This document shows, piece after piece, positions 11,570 through 21,164 of a DNA stretch of 64,000 nt. The notes under the pieces were generated by a model, which made no database searches, was not told the DNA's origin, and worked only from the letters and a program-made list of their open reading frames with translations. Numbering within the stretch: the stretch's first letter is position 1; each line of letters opens with the position of its first letter. Origin of the DNA: Myxococcota bacterium (lineage in GTDB: Bacteria; Myxococcota_A; UBA796; CAJQPC01); assembly GCA_036012755.1 (NCBI GenBank), contig DASCPX010000240.1, positions 1-64,000 of the forward strand. The letters run 5' to 3'. Both the position numbers and the translations under genes were made by a program.

Positions 11570-12301
11570 TCAGGAACCGAGGAACTTCTCGAGCATCTCG
11601 TCGTTGAGGCGACCGGGGTGGCCGCGCCAGAGGACCTCTCCATCCTTGACGACGGCGGCGGCCGGGATGCCGCTGACGGCGAAGGCGGAGGAGGTGCTGC
11701 CGTCCTCCTTGGCGACCCGGTAGGTGACGCCGCTCTCCGACACGAAGTCCGCGACCTTCTCCTCGGTCGCGCTCTTCGTGATCTTGGTCAGGGCGACCAC
11801 CTCCAGGCCCTTGCCCTGGTACTTGGCGTGCGTCGCCTGCAGCTCCGGGACCTCGCGCTGACAGTGCGGGCACCAGACCTCCCAGAAGACCAGGAGCGTC
11901 GTGCCGTTCTGGAGATCGATGTCCCCGTCGCCCACGAACCACTTCTCGACGGCCGGGTTGTCGACGGACTTGCCGACCACGTCCAGCTCCTGCTTGATGC
12001 GGATGCAGCGGCTGGCGGTCTTGGTGCGGCCGTAGTCCTTGAGGCAGACGTCGGTCTTGGCCTTGGCCGTCTCCATGTCACCTGCTGCCAGGGACTCGTT
12101 GATCTCGCCGTAGATCTTCTGCGCCTCGGCCTCTTCGGCGGCGGTGGGACCGGCGGACGCGGTGCTGGAGGCGGGGCGACTCTCGACAGCCTCGACGCGC
12201 TTCTCCAGCGCTTCGACGCGGGCGGAGAGCTCGTCGACCTCGGCCTTGGGAGCGCAGCTCAAGAGCAGGGTGACGCCGACGATGGAAAGGATGATGCGCA
12301 T
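11570..12301 (-). CDS. TlpA/thioredoxin-like disulfide reductase lipoprotein
   Basis: Signal/lipobox MRIILSIVGVTLLLSC; FWEVWCPHC CxxC; GIP cis-Pro loop. Confidence 0.85.
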   Translation of the reverse strand: MRIILSIVGVTLLLSCAPKAEVDELSARVEALEKRVEAVESRPASSTASAGPTAAEEAEAQKIYGEINESLAAGDMETAKAKTDVCLKDYGRTKTASRCIRIKQELDVVGKSVDNPAVEKWFVGDGDIDLQNGTTLLVFWEVWCPHCQREVPELQATHAKYQGKGLEVVALTKITKSATEEKVADFVSESGVTYRVAKEDGSTSSAFAVSGIPAAAVVKDGEVLWRGHPGRLNDEMLEKFLGS

Positions 12302-12357
12302 GGAGACTCCAGTGATTCTCGGGCGGAGAAACGGTTTAGCCGATGGGCTGGGCACTG

Positions 12358-14046
12358 TCACCAGCCCAGGTCCCGGACTCTGTGGTGGCTCCGGAGTTCG
12401 GGACGCTCCTGCAGCACGGCCTCCGCCTCGGTCCGCCTCCCGGCCTTGACCAACAGCTCCAACCAGCGGGCACAAGTGTTGTCTCGCGGACCAGGGATCG
12501 CACAGGCGGCGCCTGCGTGATCGGCTGCCTCGGAGAACCGCTCGAGCCGGCCGAGTTCCTTCTGGAGCGCCATGCGCGTCCCGAAGTGGTCGGGGAAGTC
12601 CTGGACGACGACCTCGAAGGCGTCGATCGCCCCCTCGGTCTCGCCGAGCCTCACTCGCGTCTCCCCGAGCCAGTACCAGTGGCCGGGCTCCTCCGGCTCT
12701 CGACGCGCCGCCGAGAGGTAGAGTTCCTGGGCCCCCTCGAAGTCGCCCCGGGAAAAAGCCAGGTTGGCCTCGCCGTGGAGACACCAGCCTTCTTGTCGCG
12801 CGGTGACCTGGTCGATGGGGATCCATGGCAGGGCGGCAGCGAGGGCGAGGACGACCCAGGCCCGGTTCCAACGCCTCGCGACGAGGAGCTCGACGGCGCG
12901 CACCAGTCCCATGCCCGCCAGCAACGCCACGACCGGCCACGTCGCGACCCGGTAGCGGTCGGCGACGAGGAACAGCACCATCGGAGCCTGCAGCGCGAGC
13001 CAGAGCCACGGCAGCTCCCGCCGCTTGCGCCAGGCTACGAACATGCCAAGGACCGCCAGGGGAAAGACCAGCCCGAAGCGCGCAGGCAAAAAGGCCATCC
13101 AGCGCATCGGTCCGCCGTCCGTGCGGCACCGGTAGTCCTCGTTTCGAGGGATCTCGCGGTCGTTGACGGACCACAAGGCCTTCGTGGCCAGCCCGCCGAC
13201 GAAACCAGCTGGATCCTGGCTGATCTCGTCGAGCGCTCGCTCGCTCCAGTAGTCGTTGCGCTCGTACTGGTCCCGGATGTCGGGCTCCGCTTCGACAACG
13301 AGGCGCCGAAACGGGATGCCGGGGCGCAGAAAGGCCGTCTCCTTCCAGTCGGGGTTGTTGCCCAGGTAGAAGTTGAGCCCGGCGTTGTGGCTCACCAACG
13401 CCGGGTGCCCCGCCTGGATGTTCGTCCAGGTCGTCGGACCCAGAGCCAGCGCAGCTGCAACTGCAAAGGCCCCCAGGTCGCGCCCGCGCAAGAAAGCCCC
13501 GAGGGCGACGAGGGCGACGAGGAAGGTCGGATGCACGACCACCGCGACCCCCATGGCGCCACCGGCCAGGGCGCAGCGTGCCCAGGTCCGCTCACCGAGC
13601 ACGGCGTAGAGGGCCACGACGAGGAGGAAGTTCGTCGTCGCGGGGGTGAGCAGGTCCAGCTCGAGGAGCAGCGTCGTGGCATAGAGCGTGTAGACCAGGC
13701 CAGCGACGAGGCCGACCCACGGCCCGCCCATGCGCTTTCCGAGTCGAGCCACGAGCCAGGTCGTCAGGACGCCCAGGACCATGTTGACGAGGCGGGCACG
13801 AGCCGGGTCGTCGCCAAGGACCCTGAGCTCCAGCGAGAGCAACCAGGGATAGCCAGGAGGCTGGTAGAAGCCCCCGGCGAAGGGGTCTTCCCCCGTGAGC
13901 AGCTGTCGGGCCTGCGCCAGGTAGACGAAGGCATCGACCACCGGATCCTCGAAGCCGGTCCCCTCCATCGACCCCCACGCGAGGAGCCGCACCGCGACGG
14001 CGACGAGAACCACGATGGGCTCGATGAAGCGGGAGGGGGCCTGCAT
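12358..14046 (-). CDS. GT-C fold (ArnT/PMT, family 39-like) membrane glycosyltransferase with C-terminal TPRs
   Basis: VDAFVY, YQPPGYP, NFYLGNNP, many TM helices, DRYR, TPR-like tail. Confidence 0.8.
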   Translation of the reverse strand: MQAPSRFIEPIVVLVAVAVRLLAWGSMEGTGFEDPVVDAFVYLAQARQLLTGEDPFAGGFYQPPGYPWLLSLELRVLGDDPARARLVNMVLGVLTTWLVARLGKRMGGPWVGLVAGLVYTLYATTLLLELDLLTPATTNFLLVVALYAVLGERTWARCALAGGAMGVAVVVHPTFLVALVALGAFLRGRDLGAFAVAAALALGPTTWTNIQAGHPALVSHNAGLNFYLGNNPDWKETAFLRPGIPFRRLVVEAEPDIRDQYERNDYWSERALDEISQDPAGFVGGLATKALWSVNDREIPRNEDYRCRTDGGPMRWMAFLPARFGLVFPLAVLGMFVAWRKRRELPWLWLALQAPMVLFLVADRYRVATWPVVALLAGMGLVRAVELLVARRWNRAWVVLALAAALPWIPIDQVTARQEGWCLHGEANLAFSRGDFEGAQELYLSAARREPEEPGHWYWLGETRVRLGETEGAIDAFEVVVQDFPDHFGTRMALQKELGRLERFSEAADHAGAACAIPGPRDNTCARWLELLVKAGRRTEAEAVLQERPELRSHHRVRDLGW

Positions 14047-14063
14047 CCGTGTTAGCCGGCGTG

Positions 14064-15527
14064 ATGCCTATCACGACCGCCCTCGCTTTCGAAGCGAAGG
14101 AGCCTCCGACCCAGGTCGGGACCTTCATCGTCCTCGGCAAGGTCTCCGCCCTCGCCGACGAAGCCGTGCGGAGCCGCGTGCCGATCGACGACGAGGCCTG
14201 GGCTGCCATGCTCGAGCGACTGGGCGAAGGCGGCGACTGGGGCGCGTCCACGACGACCTGGGTCGGCAAGACCAAGATCGTCCTGGCCGTGCTGCCATCG
14301 AAGAGCTCACGCCACAACACCCCGGCGCGCAGCTGGGCCGTGCCCAACCTCACCAAGACGGCCCGCGGCAGCCGAGACGCCTCCATCCTCTTCGCGGTCG
14401 ACGACCAGAGCCACGCCTTCCCGCTCGCCGTCGCCGCCGCCCGAGCGTTCCCTCAGTACGACCGACGAAGCGGCAAGGACAAGGACCAGACCGTCACCAT
14501 GGCGGCGCTCGATGTGAGCACCGGGCACCTGGTCGAAGACCGGCGAATCCAGCCGGCGATCGAGGGTGTGCGCCTGGCCGGACGCCTCGTGGATGCTCCC
14601 GCCAGCGAGCTCAGCACTCGGACCTTCGTCGAAGAGGCCCAGGCGGTCGCCGAGCGCACCGGCGCGGCCATCCGTGTCATCGAAGGCGAGGCCCTGCGAG
14701 AGGCCGGACTGGGCGGGCTCTGGGGTGTCGGGAAGGCCGCAGAGGACCTGCCCGCCCTCGTCGTGCTCGAGCACGAGCCCCCCGGCGCCGCGATGAAGGT
14801 GGCCTGGGTCGGAAAGGGCATCGTCTACGACACAGGCGGCCTGTCGATGAAGGGCAAGGACCACATGCCCGGCATGAAGGGCGACATGGGCGGCGCCGCG
14901 GCCGTGCTCGGCGCCTTCGAGGCCGCCGTGAGCCTGGAGCTCGGGCTCCACATCTTCGCGGTCCTGTGCCTGGCGGAGAACAGCGTCGGCCCACGCTCGA
15001 CCCGACCCGACGATGTGCTCGCGATGCACTCGGGCAAGACGGTCGAGGTCAACAACACGGACGCCGAGGGCCGGCTGGCGCTCGCGGACGGCGTGTCCTG
15101 GATCGGTGCGGAAGAGGACCCGGACGTCATCGTCGACCTGGCGACGCTCACCGGCGCGGCGCTCATCACCACCGGCAAGGTCCACGCTGGGGTCTACAGC
15201 AACGACGAAGATCTCGAGGCCATGGCGGTAGCGGCAGGCAAGGCCTCCGGCGACGTCGTCTACCCCTTCCTCTACGCCCCCGAGCTCATGCGGAAGGAGT
15301 ACAAGTCCAGCGTCGCGGACATGAAGAACTCGGTGAAGGACCGCATGAACGCCCAGGCAGCCTGCGCCGGTCTGTTCGTCGAGGCCCACCTGCACAAGCG
15401 CGCCGACGACTCCTGGCCCCGCTGGCTGCACGTGGACATCGCCGGTCCGGCCTGGAACAGCCACAACCGCGGGACCGGCTTCGGGGTCGGCCTGCTCTTG
15501 CAGCTGTCGGAGACCCTGGCCGGCTGA
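14064..15527 (+). CDS. M17 leucyl aminopeptidase, NPEPL1-like subfamily
   Basis: VGKGIVYDTGG, MKGDMGGAA, NTDAEGRL, DLATLTGA; N-domain SRHNTP motif. Confidence 0.92.
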   Translation: MPITTALAFEAKEPPTQVGTFIVLGKVSALADEAVRSRVPIDDEAWAAMLERLGEGGDWGASTTTWVGKTKIVLAVLPSKSSRHNTPARSWAVPNLTKTARGSRDASILFAVDDQSHAFPLAVAAARAFPQYDRRSGKDKDQTVTMAALDVSTGHLVEDRRIQPAIEGVRLAGRLVDAPASELSTRTFVEEAQAVAERTGAAIRVIEGEALREAGLGGLWGVGKAAEDLPALVVLEHEPPGAAMKVAWVGKGIVYDTGGLSMKGKDHMPGMKGDMGGAAAVLGAFEAAVSLELGLHIFAVLCLAENSVGPRSTRPDDVLAMHSGKTVEVNNTDAEGRLALADGVSWIGAEEDPDVIVDLATLTGAALITTGKVHAGVYSNDEDLEAMAVAAGKASGDVVYPFLYAPELMRKEYKSSVADMKNSVKDRMNAQAACAGLFVEAHLHKRADDSWPRWLHVDIAGPAWNSHNRGTGFGVGLLLQLSETLAG

Positions 15528-15545
15528 CTATCGCTAGCGCTAGAG

Positions 15546-17405
15546 CTAGAGCGGGGTACAGGTGTCGAAGCCGGACAGGCACCGGATGCGAACGGTCTGC
15601 CCGCCCTCGACGACGAGGCCGACCATCGCCCGACCGACCCCCGTCTCGAACTCCGCGTCGACCGAGTAGGTCCCGACGGGGACCTTGTTTCCGGGGCCCA
15701 ACCGGGTACCGTCCGCGCCGACGAGGATGACTCGCAAGGCGTTGCCCTCGACCTCGACGGAGCCGTACTTCAGGCGCTCTGCCTCGGCCTCCGCGCGGGC
15801 CTGCTCCTCCGCCAGCAGCCTCGCCGCTTCGGCAGCCTCTGCCTCGGCCGCGGCCCGGGCGGCTGCCTCCTCCTCCTCGCGGATCCGCTGCTGCTCGAGG
15901 CGCCACTGGCGCTCTTGTGCGAGCTGCTCGGCGGTCTTCTCCGGTTCGCCGATCGGATCGCCGATCGGATCCTCGACCGGATCGTCGACCACCGGCGGAT
16001 CCTCGACGACCACGAGAGGGTCCTCGACCACCGGCGGGTCCTCGACGACCACCGGATCCTCCACCGGGGCCTCGTCCTGTGAGAACACCCAGGCACCGCC
16101 TACCCCGACGACAAGGACCGCGACGATCCCGAGGACCAGCGGCATCCTGCTCTTCGGCGGCGGGGCCTCGTCCCAGTCCGGGTCCGCGGTGGTCTTCCAG
16201 TCCCCCTCGGTCAGGCCGCTCCCCCCCTGGTCGGTGCCCTCCGACACGCCGTCGTGGAGCGTGCCGTAGCTCGGCGCCGGGTCCTTCGGGGTCTCGATGG
16301 GCTGGAGCACGCCGGGCGGGGGGGATGGCGTCCCCTCCTCGGCGACTGCCTCGACCTCCGTCTCGACACTCCCGAAGTAGGCCATCGTCTCGCCAGCCTT
16401 GGCCTCCCCCTTGGATGCCCCCTTGGCAGCGACGGCCTCTTCGGCCCGCATCGGGTTGGTGTGCTCGGCGACGTACTCCCCCGGAGGCACCATCGTGTGA
16501 GAGGTCCCCTTCTTCGTCTCCATCGAGGGCGGGGGGGTCGGTCGGGAATCCCCGGCGGCACGACCGCCCAGCTTGGGCACGTCGGGGCCGGGCTCCGGCA
16601 GCTGGTCGCGGATGGCCTCGACCGCCGCGCGCATCGCCTCGACGTCCGGATAGCGATCATCCGGCCGATAGCGCGTCGACTCCCTGATGATGCCGGCGAG
16701 GTTCTGCTCGATGCCCTCCAGCACGGACTCGTCCATCTCCGCTGCGAACAGATCGACCGGCATCTGGTTGGTCAACAGCGTGTAGAGCGTCGCGCCCACG
16801 GCGTAGACGTCACTGCGTCCGTCGACCTTGCGGGCGGAGACCCGCTGCTCGGGGGCCATGAAGCCCCAGGTGCCCATCACGGAGCCGGTCTTCGTCAGGC
16901 TTCGATCCGAGCTGTCGTCGGCGACATGGGCGATGCCGAAGTCCGTGACCTTGGCCCGCCCCCTGCGGGACAGCAGGATGTTCTGGGGCTTGATGTCGCG
17001 GTGGATGACCCCGGCGTCGTGGGCGACCCCCAGCGCGGACAGCAGCGCGAGCGTGGCGTCGGCGGCGAGCCGGGTGTGCATCGGGCCGTGCTCGGTGATG
17101 TAGTCCATCAACGAGCCGCCCTCGACGATCTCCATCACGATGAAGCTGCGCTCGCCGTCGCTGCCGACATCGTGGACGCCGACGATGTTGGGATGGTGGA
17201 GTCGCGCCATCGTGCGCGCCTCGTTCAGGAAGCGCTCCTGGATGACCGGGTGCTTCGCGAGCTTGATCGAGAGGACCTTGATCGCCCGGTAGACCTGCAG
17301 CCGCTCGTCGTATGCCCGGTAGACCGTGGCCATTCCCCCTTCCCCGAGGATCTCGACGAGGCGATAGCGCCCATCGGCGAGAGGTTCGGCTGCATCACCA
17401 GACAA
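15546..17405 (-). CDS. Membrane Ser/Thr protein kinase (Hanks type)
   Basis: LGEGGMATVY, AIK, HRDIKPQN, DFG, APE; TM segment, EDPP-rich linker and small C-terminal beta domain. Confidence 0.93.
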   Translation of the reverse strand: MSGDAAEPLADGRYRLVEILGEGGMATVYRAYDERLQVYRAIKVLSIKLAKHPVIQERFLNEARTMARLHHPNIVGVHDVGSDGERSFIVMEIVEGGSLMDYITEHGPMHTRLAADATLALLSALGVAHDAGVIHRDIKPQNILLSRRGRAKVTDFGIAHVADDSSDRSLTKTGSVMGTWGFMAPEQRVSARKVDGRSDVYAVGATLYTLLTNQMPVDLFAAEMDESVLEGIEQNLAGIIRESTRYRPDDRYPDVEAMRAAVEAIRDQLPEPGPDVPKLGGRAAGDSRPTPPPSMETKKGTSHTMVPPGEYVAEHTNPMRAEEAVAAKGASKGEAKAGETMAYFGSVETEVEAVAEEGTPSPPPGVLQPIETPKDPAPSYGTLHDGVSEGTDQGGSGLTEGDWKTTADPDWDEAPPPKSRMPLVLGIVAVLVVGVGGAWVFSQDEAPVEDPVVVEDPPVVEDPLVVVEDPPVVDDPVEDPIGDPIGEPEKTAEQLAQERQWRLEQQRIREEEEAAARAAAEAEAAEAARLLAEEQARAEAEAERLKYGSVEVEGNALRVILVGADGTRLGPGNKVPVGTYSVDAEFETGVGRAMVGLVVEGGQTVRIRCLSGFDTCTPL

Positions 17406-18207
17406 GTACGGTCACCGTCCCGAGGCCGACCGCTGCGACCCCTATGCCAACAGACCCGAAGAAGGTCACGCGGTTCCGCACGTAGAGGTCATCGAGGCGA
17501 TCGTCCGCGATGGGATCCTCTGTGTCGAGGAAGCTCTGCTTCATGCCGAAGGCCGCACCGTACATGCCTACAGCGACGGCACCGGTAGCAGCCGTGGCGA
17601 TGAGCATGGGCCTGCGCAGGTCCCGCCCCGGAGCCGTCGGGGCCGGCCCCCACATCGGCAGCTCGCTGCCCGGCGGCAGGTACAACGTCTCCATGATCGT
17701 GTCCTCGGGCTCGAAGACCTGGAGCACCGCCGGGCTGTTGACCGCCCGCGCCGCTCCTCGGACACCTCCGACCGTGACGTAGCCGTCGACCGGCGGAACA
17801 GGCTGCTGGAGCTCGCCCTCGTCGACGAGGACGGCCTCTTCGTATGCCGAGATCATCGGATGGCCAGGAGGAGCGACCTCCTCTGGCACCTCGTGGCCGG
17901 GCTGCAGCTTGCGGGCGGCGTGGAACTCGTACTTGACCCGGTCGCGCTCCTGGCTCGCGAAGGCGTGCATGCCCATGAGCCGGTGGTAGGCGGCGGCGTC
18001 TTTGGGGGTGATCGGCTCACGCAGGCAGGGGAGACCACCCTCGGCGTCCGTCGCGGCGGTGTTCAGCCCGTCGATGTCGAGGTTCGCGAAGGACTGCTCA
18101 CCCCGCGAGTAGGCGTCCTGGAGCTGAGAGAGCGTGGTGGCGTTCGGGCAGTCCGGAAGGGTGCGCTCGGCGTCCTGCGCGAGGGCCGCGCCAACTAGAA
18201 ACAGCAT
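17395..18207 (-). CDS. Hypothetical secreted protein with C-terminal membrane segments, coupled to the kinase gene
   Basis: Signal peptide, two C-terminal hydrophobic stretches, overlaps the kinase start. Confidence 0.7.
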   Translation of the reverse strand: MLFLVGAALAQDAERTLPDCPNATTLSQLQDAYSRGEQSFANLDIDGLNTAATDAEGGLPCLREPITPKDAAAYHRLMGMHAFASQERDRVKYEFHAARKLQPGHEVPEEVAPPGHPMISAYEEAVLVDEGELQQPVPPVDGYVTVGGVRGAARAVNSPAVLQVFEPEDTIMETLYLPPGSELPMWGPAPTAPGRDLRRPMLIATAATGAVAVGMYGAAFGMKQSFLDTEDPIADDRLDDLYVRNRVTFFGSVGIGVAAVGLGTVTVLVW

Positions 18208-18338
18208 GGTCCGATTCTATCAGTTCAAGTACCGCAACGCTTCGCGCCGCGCCTTTGTTGCTCCGCCGAGTCCCAAACCTCGCCAGGAGGCACGCCACAG
18301 GTATGCTCCAGGAACAGAGGAAACCACACCGGAGCAGG

Positions 18339-19043
18339 ATGCTCGACGGCTGGGACCACTACTGCTGCCTCATCGCCGGTCGCCCGGCCGCGGTCCTGGT
18401 CGACCTCGACGTAGAGGTTCGCGCGCCGTGCTCGGGACTGAGCCGGCTCGTCTGTGTGCGCTTGGCGCTGAGGGCCCCGGGCGACGACGGCCTGGCGACG
18501 GCAGAGGAGTCAGCAGCGCTCGATGCCCTCGAGACCGAGCTCCGAGGCCGCCTACAGGCCGGACGATACGTGGCCCGCGTCACCACTGACGGCCGGGCGG
18601 AGCTCCACTTCTACCTCCCGGACGACGAGGGCGTCCGGAGCACCGTCGAGGCAGCCTTGTCCAACCACGGCTACGAAGGCGACGTGAGCGCCTCCGACGA
18701 CCTGGACTGGGAGTGGTTCCTCGGGACCCTGCTCCCCTCCCCGCTGGAGCGGCAGAAGATGCTCAACCGGCGCCGGATCGATGACCTCGCCCCGGTCGGC
18801 GCCGTGCTCGTGAAGCACACCCTGCTCTTCCCGACCGCGATCTCCCGAGACACGGCGCTGAGCGCGCTGCTACGCCGCGGTTTCACGATGGAGGGGCCCG
18901 TCGATGCGGAGGGCGTCCTTCGCTTCGGGCTCGTCCTCACCCAGACCTCCGAGCTCTCGGCAGCGGCCCTCGACCGGGCCGTCGAGGTGCTCTTCGAACA
19001 GGCCGAAGACCAAGGTGGCGCCTACCTGGAGTGGACCCTCTGA
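18339..19043 (+). CDS. DUF695-like protein with possible C-terminal RraB-like domain
   Basis: WDHY..., DDGLAT.EE, DLDWEWF...LLPS, C-terminal GGAYLEW; GGAG upstream of ATG 18339. Confidence 0.7.
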   Translation: MLDGWDHYCCLIAGRPAAVLVDLDVEVRAPCSGLSRLVCVRLALRAPGDDGLATAEESAALDALETELRGRLQAGRYVARVTTDGRAELHFYLPDDEGVRSTVEAALSNHGYEGDVSASDDLDWEWFLGTLLPSPLERQKMLNRRRIDDLAPVGAVLVKHTLLFPTAISRDTALSALLRRGFTMEGPVDAEGVLRFGLVLTQTSELSAAALDRAVEVLFEQAEDQGGAYLEWTL

Positions 19044-19046
19044 GGG

Positions 19047-20075
19047 TCACCAGTCGACGATCGCCGCGCCCCAGGTGAACCCGCTCCCGAAGGCCACGGC
19101 TGCGACCTTCATCCCCGGGACCAACCGGCCATCCTCGACGGCCTCGGCCATCAGCAGGGGGATCGTCGCGGCCGTGGTGTTGCCGTAGCGATCGATGTTG
19201 TGGACCAGCTTGTCCTCCGGAATGCCGAGGCTCTTGGCGAGGTACTGGTTGATCCGCATGTTGGCCTGGTGGAAGAGGAAGAGATCGACGTCCTCTCCCG
19301 TGATCTCGAGGTCCTGGCAGGCATCGATCAGCGCCATGCTCATGCGCTCGATGGCGTGCCTGAAGACCTGCCGGCCGTCCATGTGGGCCCACATGTCCGC
19401 TGGCTCGATGCGGCCCCGACCCTCGTCGTCCAGGGGGATGAAGGGACGCCGGGAGATGTCGAAGATGCGCTGGCAGAGCACGTCCGCGAAGCGCCCGTCG
19501 CTGCCGCACTTCCAGTATCGGACGCCGCGGTCTTCCTCCGTCGCGCTGAACACCGCCGCCCCCGCGCCGTCGCCGAAGAGCGAGGCGACCGTCCGCCCTC
19601 TGGTGGTGAAGTCGAGGCCTCCGGAGTGGACCTCGCTGCCCACGACCAGGACGTGCTGGCAGGCGCCGGACTGGATCAGGCTGGCTGCGGTGCCGAGGCC
19701 GTAGACGAAGCCCGAGCACTGGTTCCGGATGTCCATCGCGGGCACGAAGGTGGCGTCCTCTCCAGCGCACAGTCCGAGCTTCTCCGCCAGCATCACCCCG
19801 CTCCCCGGGAAGCACTGGTCCGGAGAGAGCGTCGCGTAGAGGATCATGTCGATGTCGGTCGGCGCGAGCCCCGCGTCGTCGATCGCAGCCCGCGCTGCTG
19901 GCAAGGCCAGATCGGCGTTTCCGACTCCATCGTCGGCGAAGCGGCGCTCCCGGATCCCGGTGCGCTGCTGGATCCAGGCGTCGGTGGTCTCGACGCCCAT
20001 GGCGATGAGGTCGTCGTTGGTGACAACCCGCGGCGGGACGTAGCCGCCCACGCCGGAGATGTATGCGTTCGGCAT
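19047..20075 (-). CDS. fabH: 3-oxoacyl-ACP synthase III
   Basis: RTGIRERR, NQCSGF (catalytic Cys), LFGDGAGA, FHQAN, GNT, FGSGFTWG. Confidence 0.93.
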   Translation of the reverse strand: MPNAYISGVGGYVPPRVVTNDDLIAMGVETTDAWIQQRTGIRERRFADDGVGNADLALPAARAAIDDAGLAPTDIDMILYATLSPDQCFPGSGVMLAEKLGLCAGEDATFVPAMDIRNQCSGFVYGLGTAASLIQSGACQHVLVVGSEVHSGGLDFTTRGRTVASLFGDGAGAAVFSATEEDRGVRYWKCGSDGRFADVLCQRIFDISRRPFIPLDDEGRGRIEPADMWAHMDGRQVFRHAIERMSMALIDACQDLEITGEDVDLFLFHQANMRINQYLAKSLGIPEDKLVHNIDRYGNTTAATIPLLMAEAVEDGRLVPGMKVAAVAFGSGFTWGAAIVDW

Positions 20076-20084
20076 CCGTCGCTT

Positions 20085-20759
20085 CTAACGCTTCCTGCGT
20101 CGAGACGCGTTGTGCTTGGCCTCCTCGGCCACCCGCTTCTTGGAGGCAGCCCAGCCGCAGACCGGGCAGGTGGACAGGTCGTGCCAACGGGCGGGACATG
20201 TGTCCCTTCCGAACTGCACGATCTGCAGGTGCCGCCGGATCCACGTCTCCCTGGGAAAGACGTCCTTGCAGTCCGCCTCGGTCTGCTTGACGTTCTTGCC
20301 GCTGGTCAATCCCCAGCGCGTCGCCAGCCGGTGGATGTGAGTGTCGACCGGGAAGGCCGGGACGCCGAAGGCCTGCGCCATCACGACGCTCGCGGTCTTG
20401 TGACCGACGCCGGGCAAGGCCTCCAGCGCCTCCATGTCCGCCGGGACCTCTCCACCGTGACGCGACAGCAGGAGCTCGCTGAGCGCGGCCACGTGCTTCG
20501 CCTTCGTCGGCGCCAGCCCCAAGACCCGGATGTGCTCCAGGATGCGTTCGGACCCGAGCGCCGCCATCGCCGCCGGGTCGGGAGCCTCGCCGAAGAGCGC
20601 CGGGGTGACCTCGTTGACCTTCTTGTCCGTCGTCTGCGCCGACAACAGGACCGCCACCAACAGCGTGAAGGGGTCGTGGTGCCGAAGCGGAATCGGCAGG
20701 GCGGGATAGACCTCGTCCAACAAACGCCCGATCCGTCCCGCTTTGTCGATACGCTTCAT
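20085..20759 (-). CDS. nth: Endonuclease III
   Basis: LLSAQTTD, HhH LPGVGHKTA, VDTHIHR, C-terminal Cys cluster (CPARWHDLSTCPVC). Confidence 0.93.
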   Translation of the reverse strand: MKRIDKAGRIGRLLDEVYPALPIPLRHHDPFTLLVAVLLSAQTTDKKVNEVTPALFGEAPDPAAMAALGSERILEHIRVLGLAPTKAKHVAALSELLLSRHGGEVPADMEALEALPGVGHKTASVVMAQAFGVPAFPVDTHIHRLATRWGLTSGKNVKQTEADCKDVFPRETWIRRHLQIVQFGRDTCPARWHDLSTCPVCGWAASKKRVAEEAKHNASRRRKR

Positions 20760-20806
20760 CTTGTTGCCTGGCCCCGAGTGCCTGGATGCCTCTAACGCTG
20801 CCCGCC

Positions 20807-21163
20807 ATGAGCCTCGACCCCACCATCACCCCGCCGATCGTGGCCTCCGGAGACGACAAGGAGCCGCGTCGCAAGGGAAACGTCCAGACCAAGGAGCGGC
20901 CGAAGGTCAAGAAGCCGAAGATGTACAAGGTGCTGCTCCACAACGACCACTACACGACGATGGAGTTCGTCGTCTGGATCCTGATGGGCACCTTCCGGCG
21001 GAGCGAAGCCGAGGCGACACGCATAATGCTGGCCATCCACAAGGGTGGACTCGGCATCGCCGGTGTCTATACGAAAGAGGTCGCCGAGACGAAGGTCAGG
21101 AAGGTCGTCGAGCTCGCGCGCAAGAACGACTACCCGCTCCAGTGCACCTACGAGGAGGCCTGA
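20807..21163 (+). CDS. clpS: Clp protease adaptor ClpS
   Basis: YKVLLHNDHYTTMEFVV...YPL; directly upstream of clpA. Confidence 0.95.
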   Translation: MSLDPTITPPIVASGDDKEPRRKGNVQTKERPKVKKPKMYKVLLHNDHYTTMEFVVWILMGTFRRSEAEATRIMLAIHKGGLGIAGVYTKEVAETKVRKVVELARKNDYPLQCTYEEA

Positions 21164-21164
21164 C

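Noticed and set aside
15528..15552. GCTAGC/GCTAGA hexamer repeats between convergent genes
   Set aside because: Very short; likely a slippage duplication of the stop region with no supportable function.
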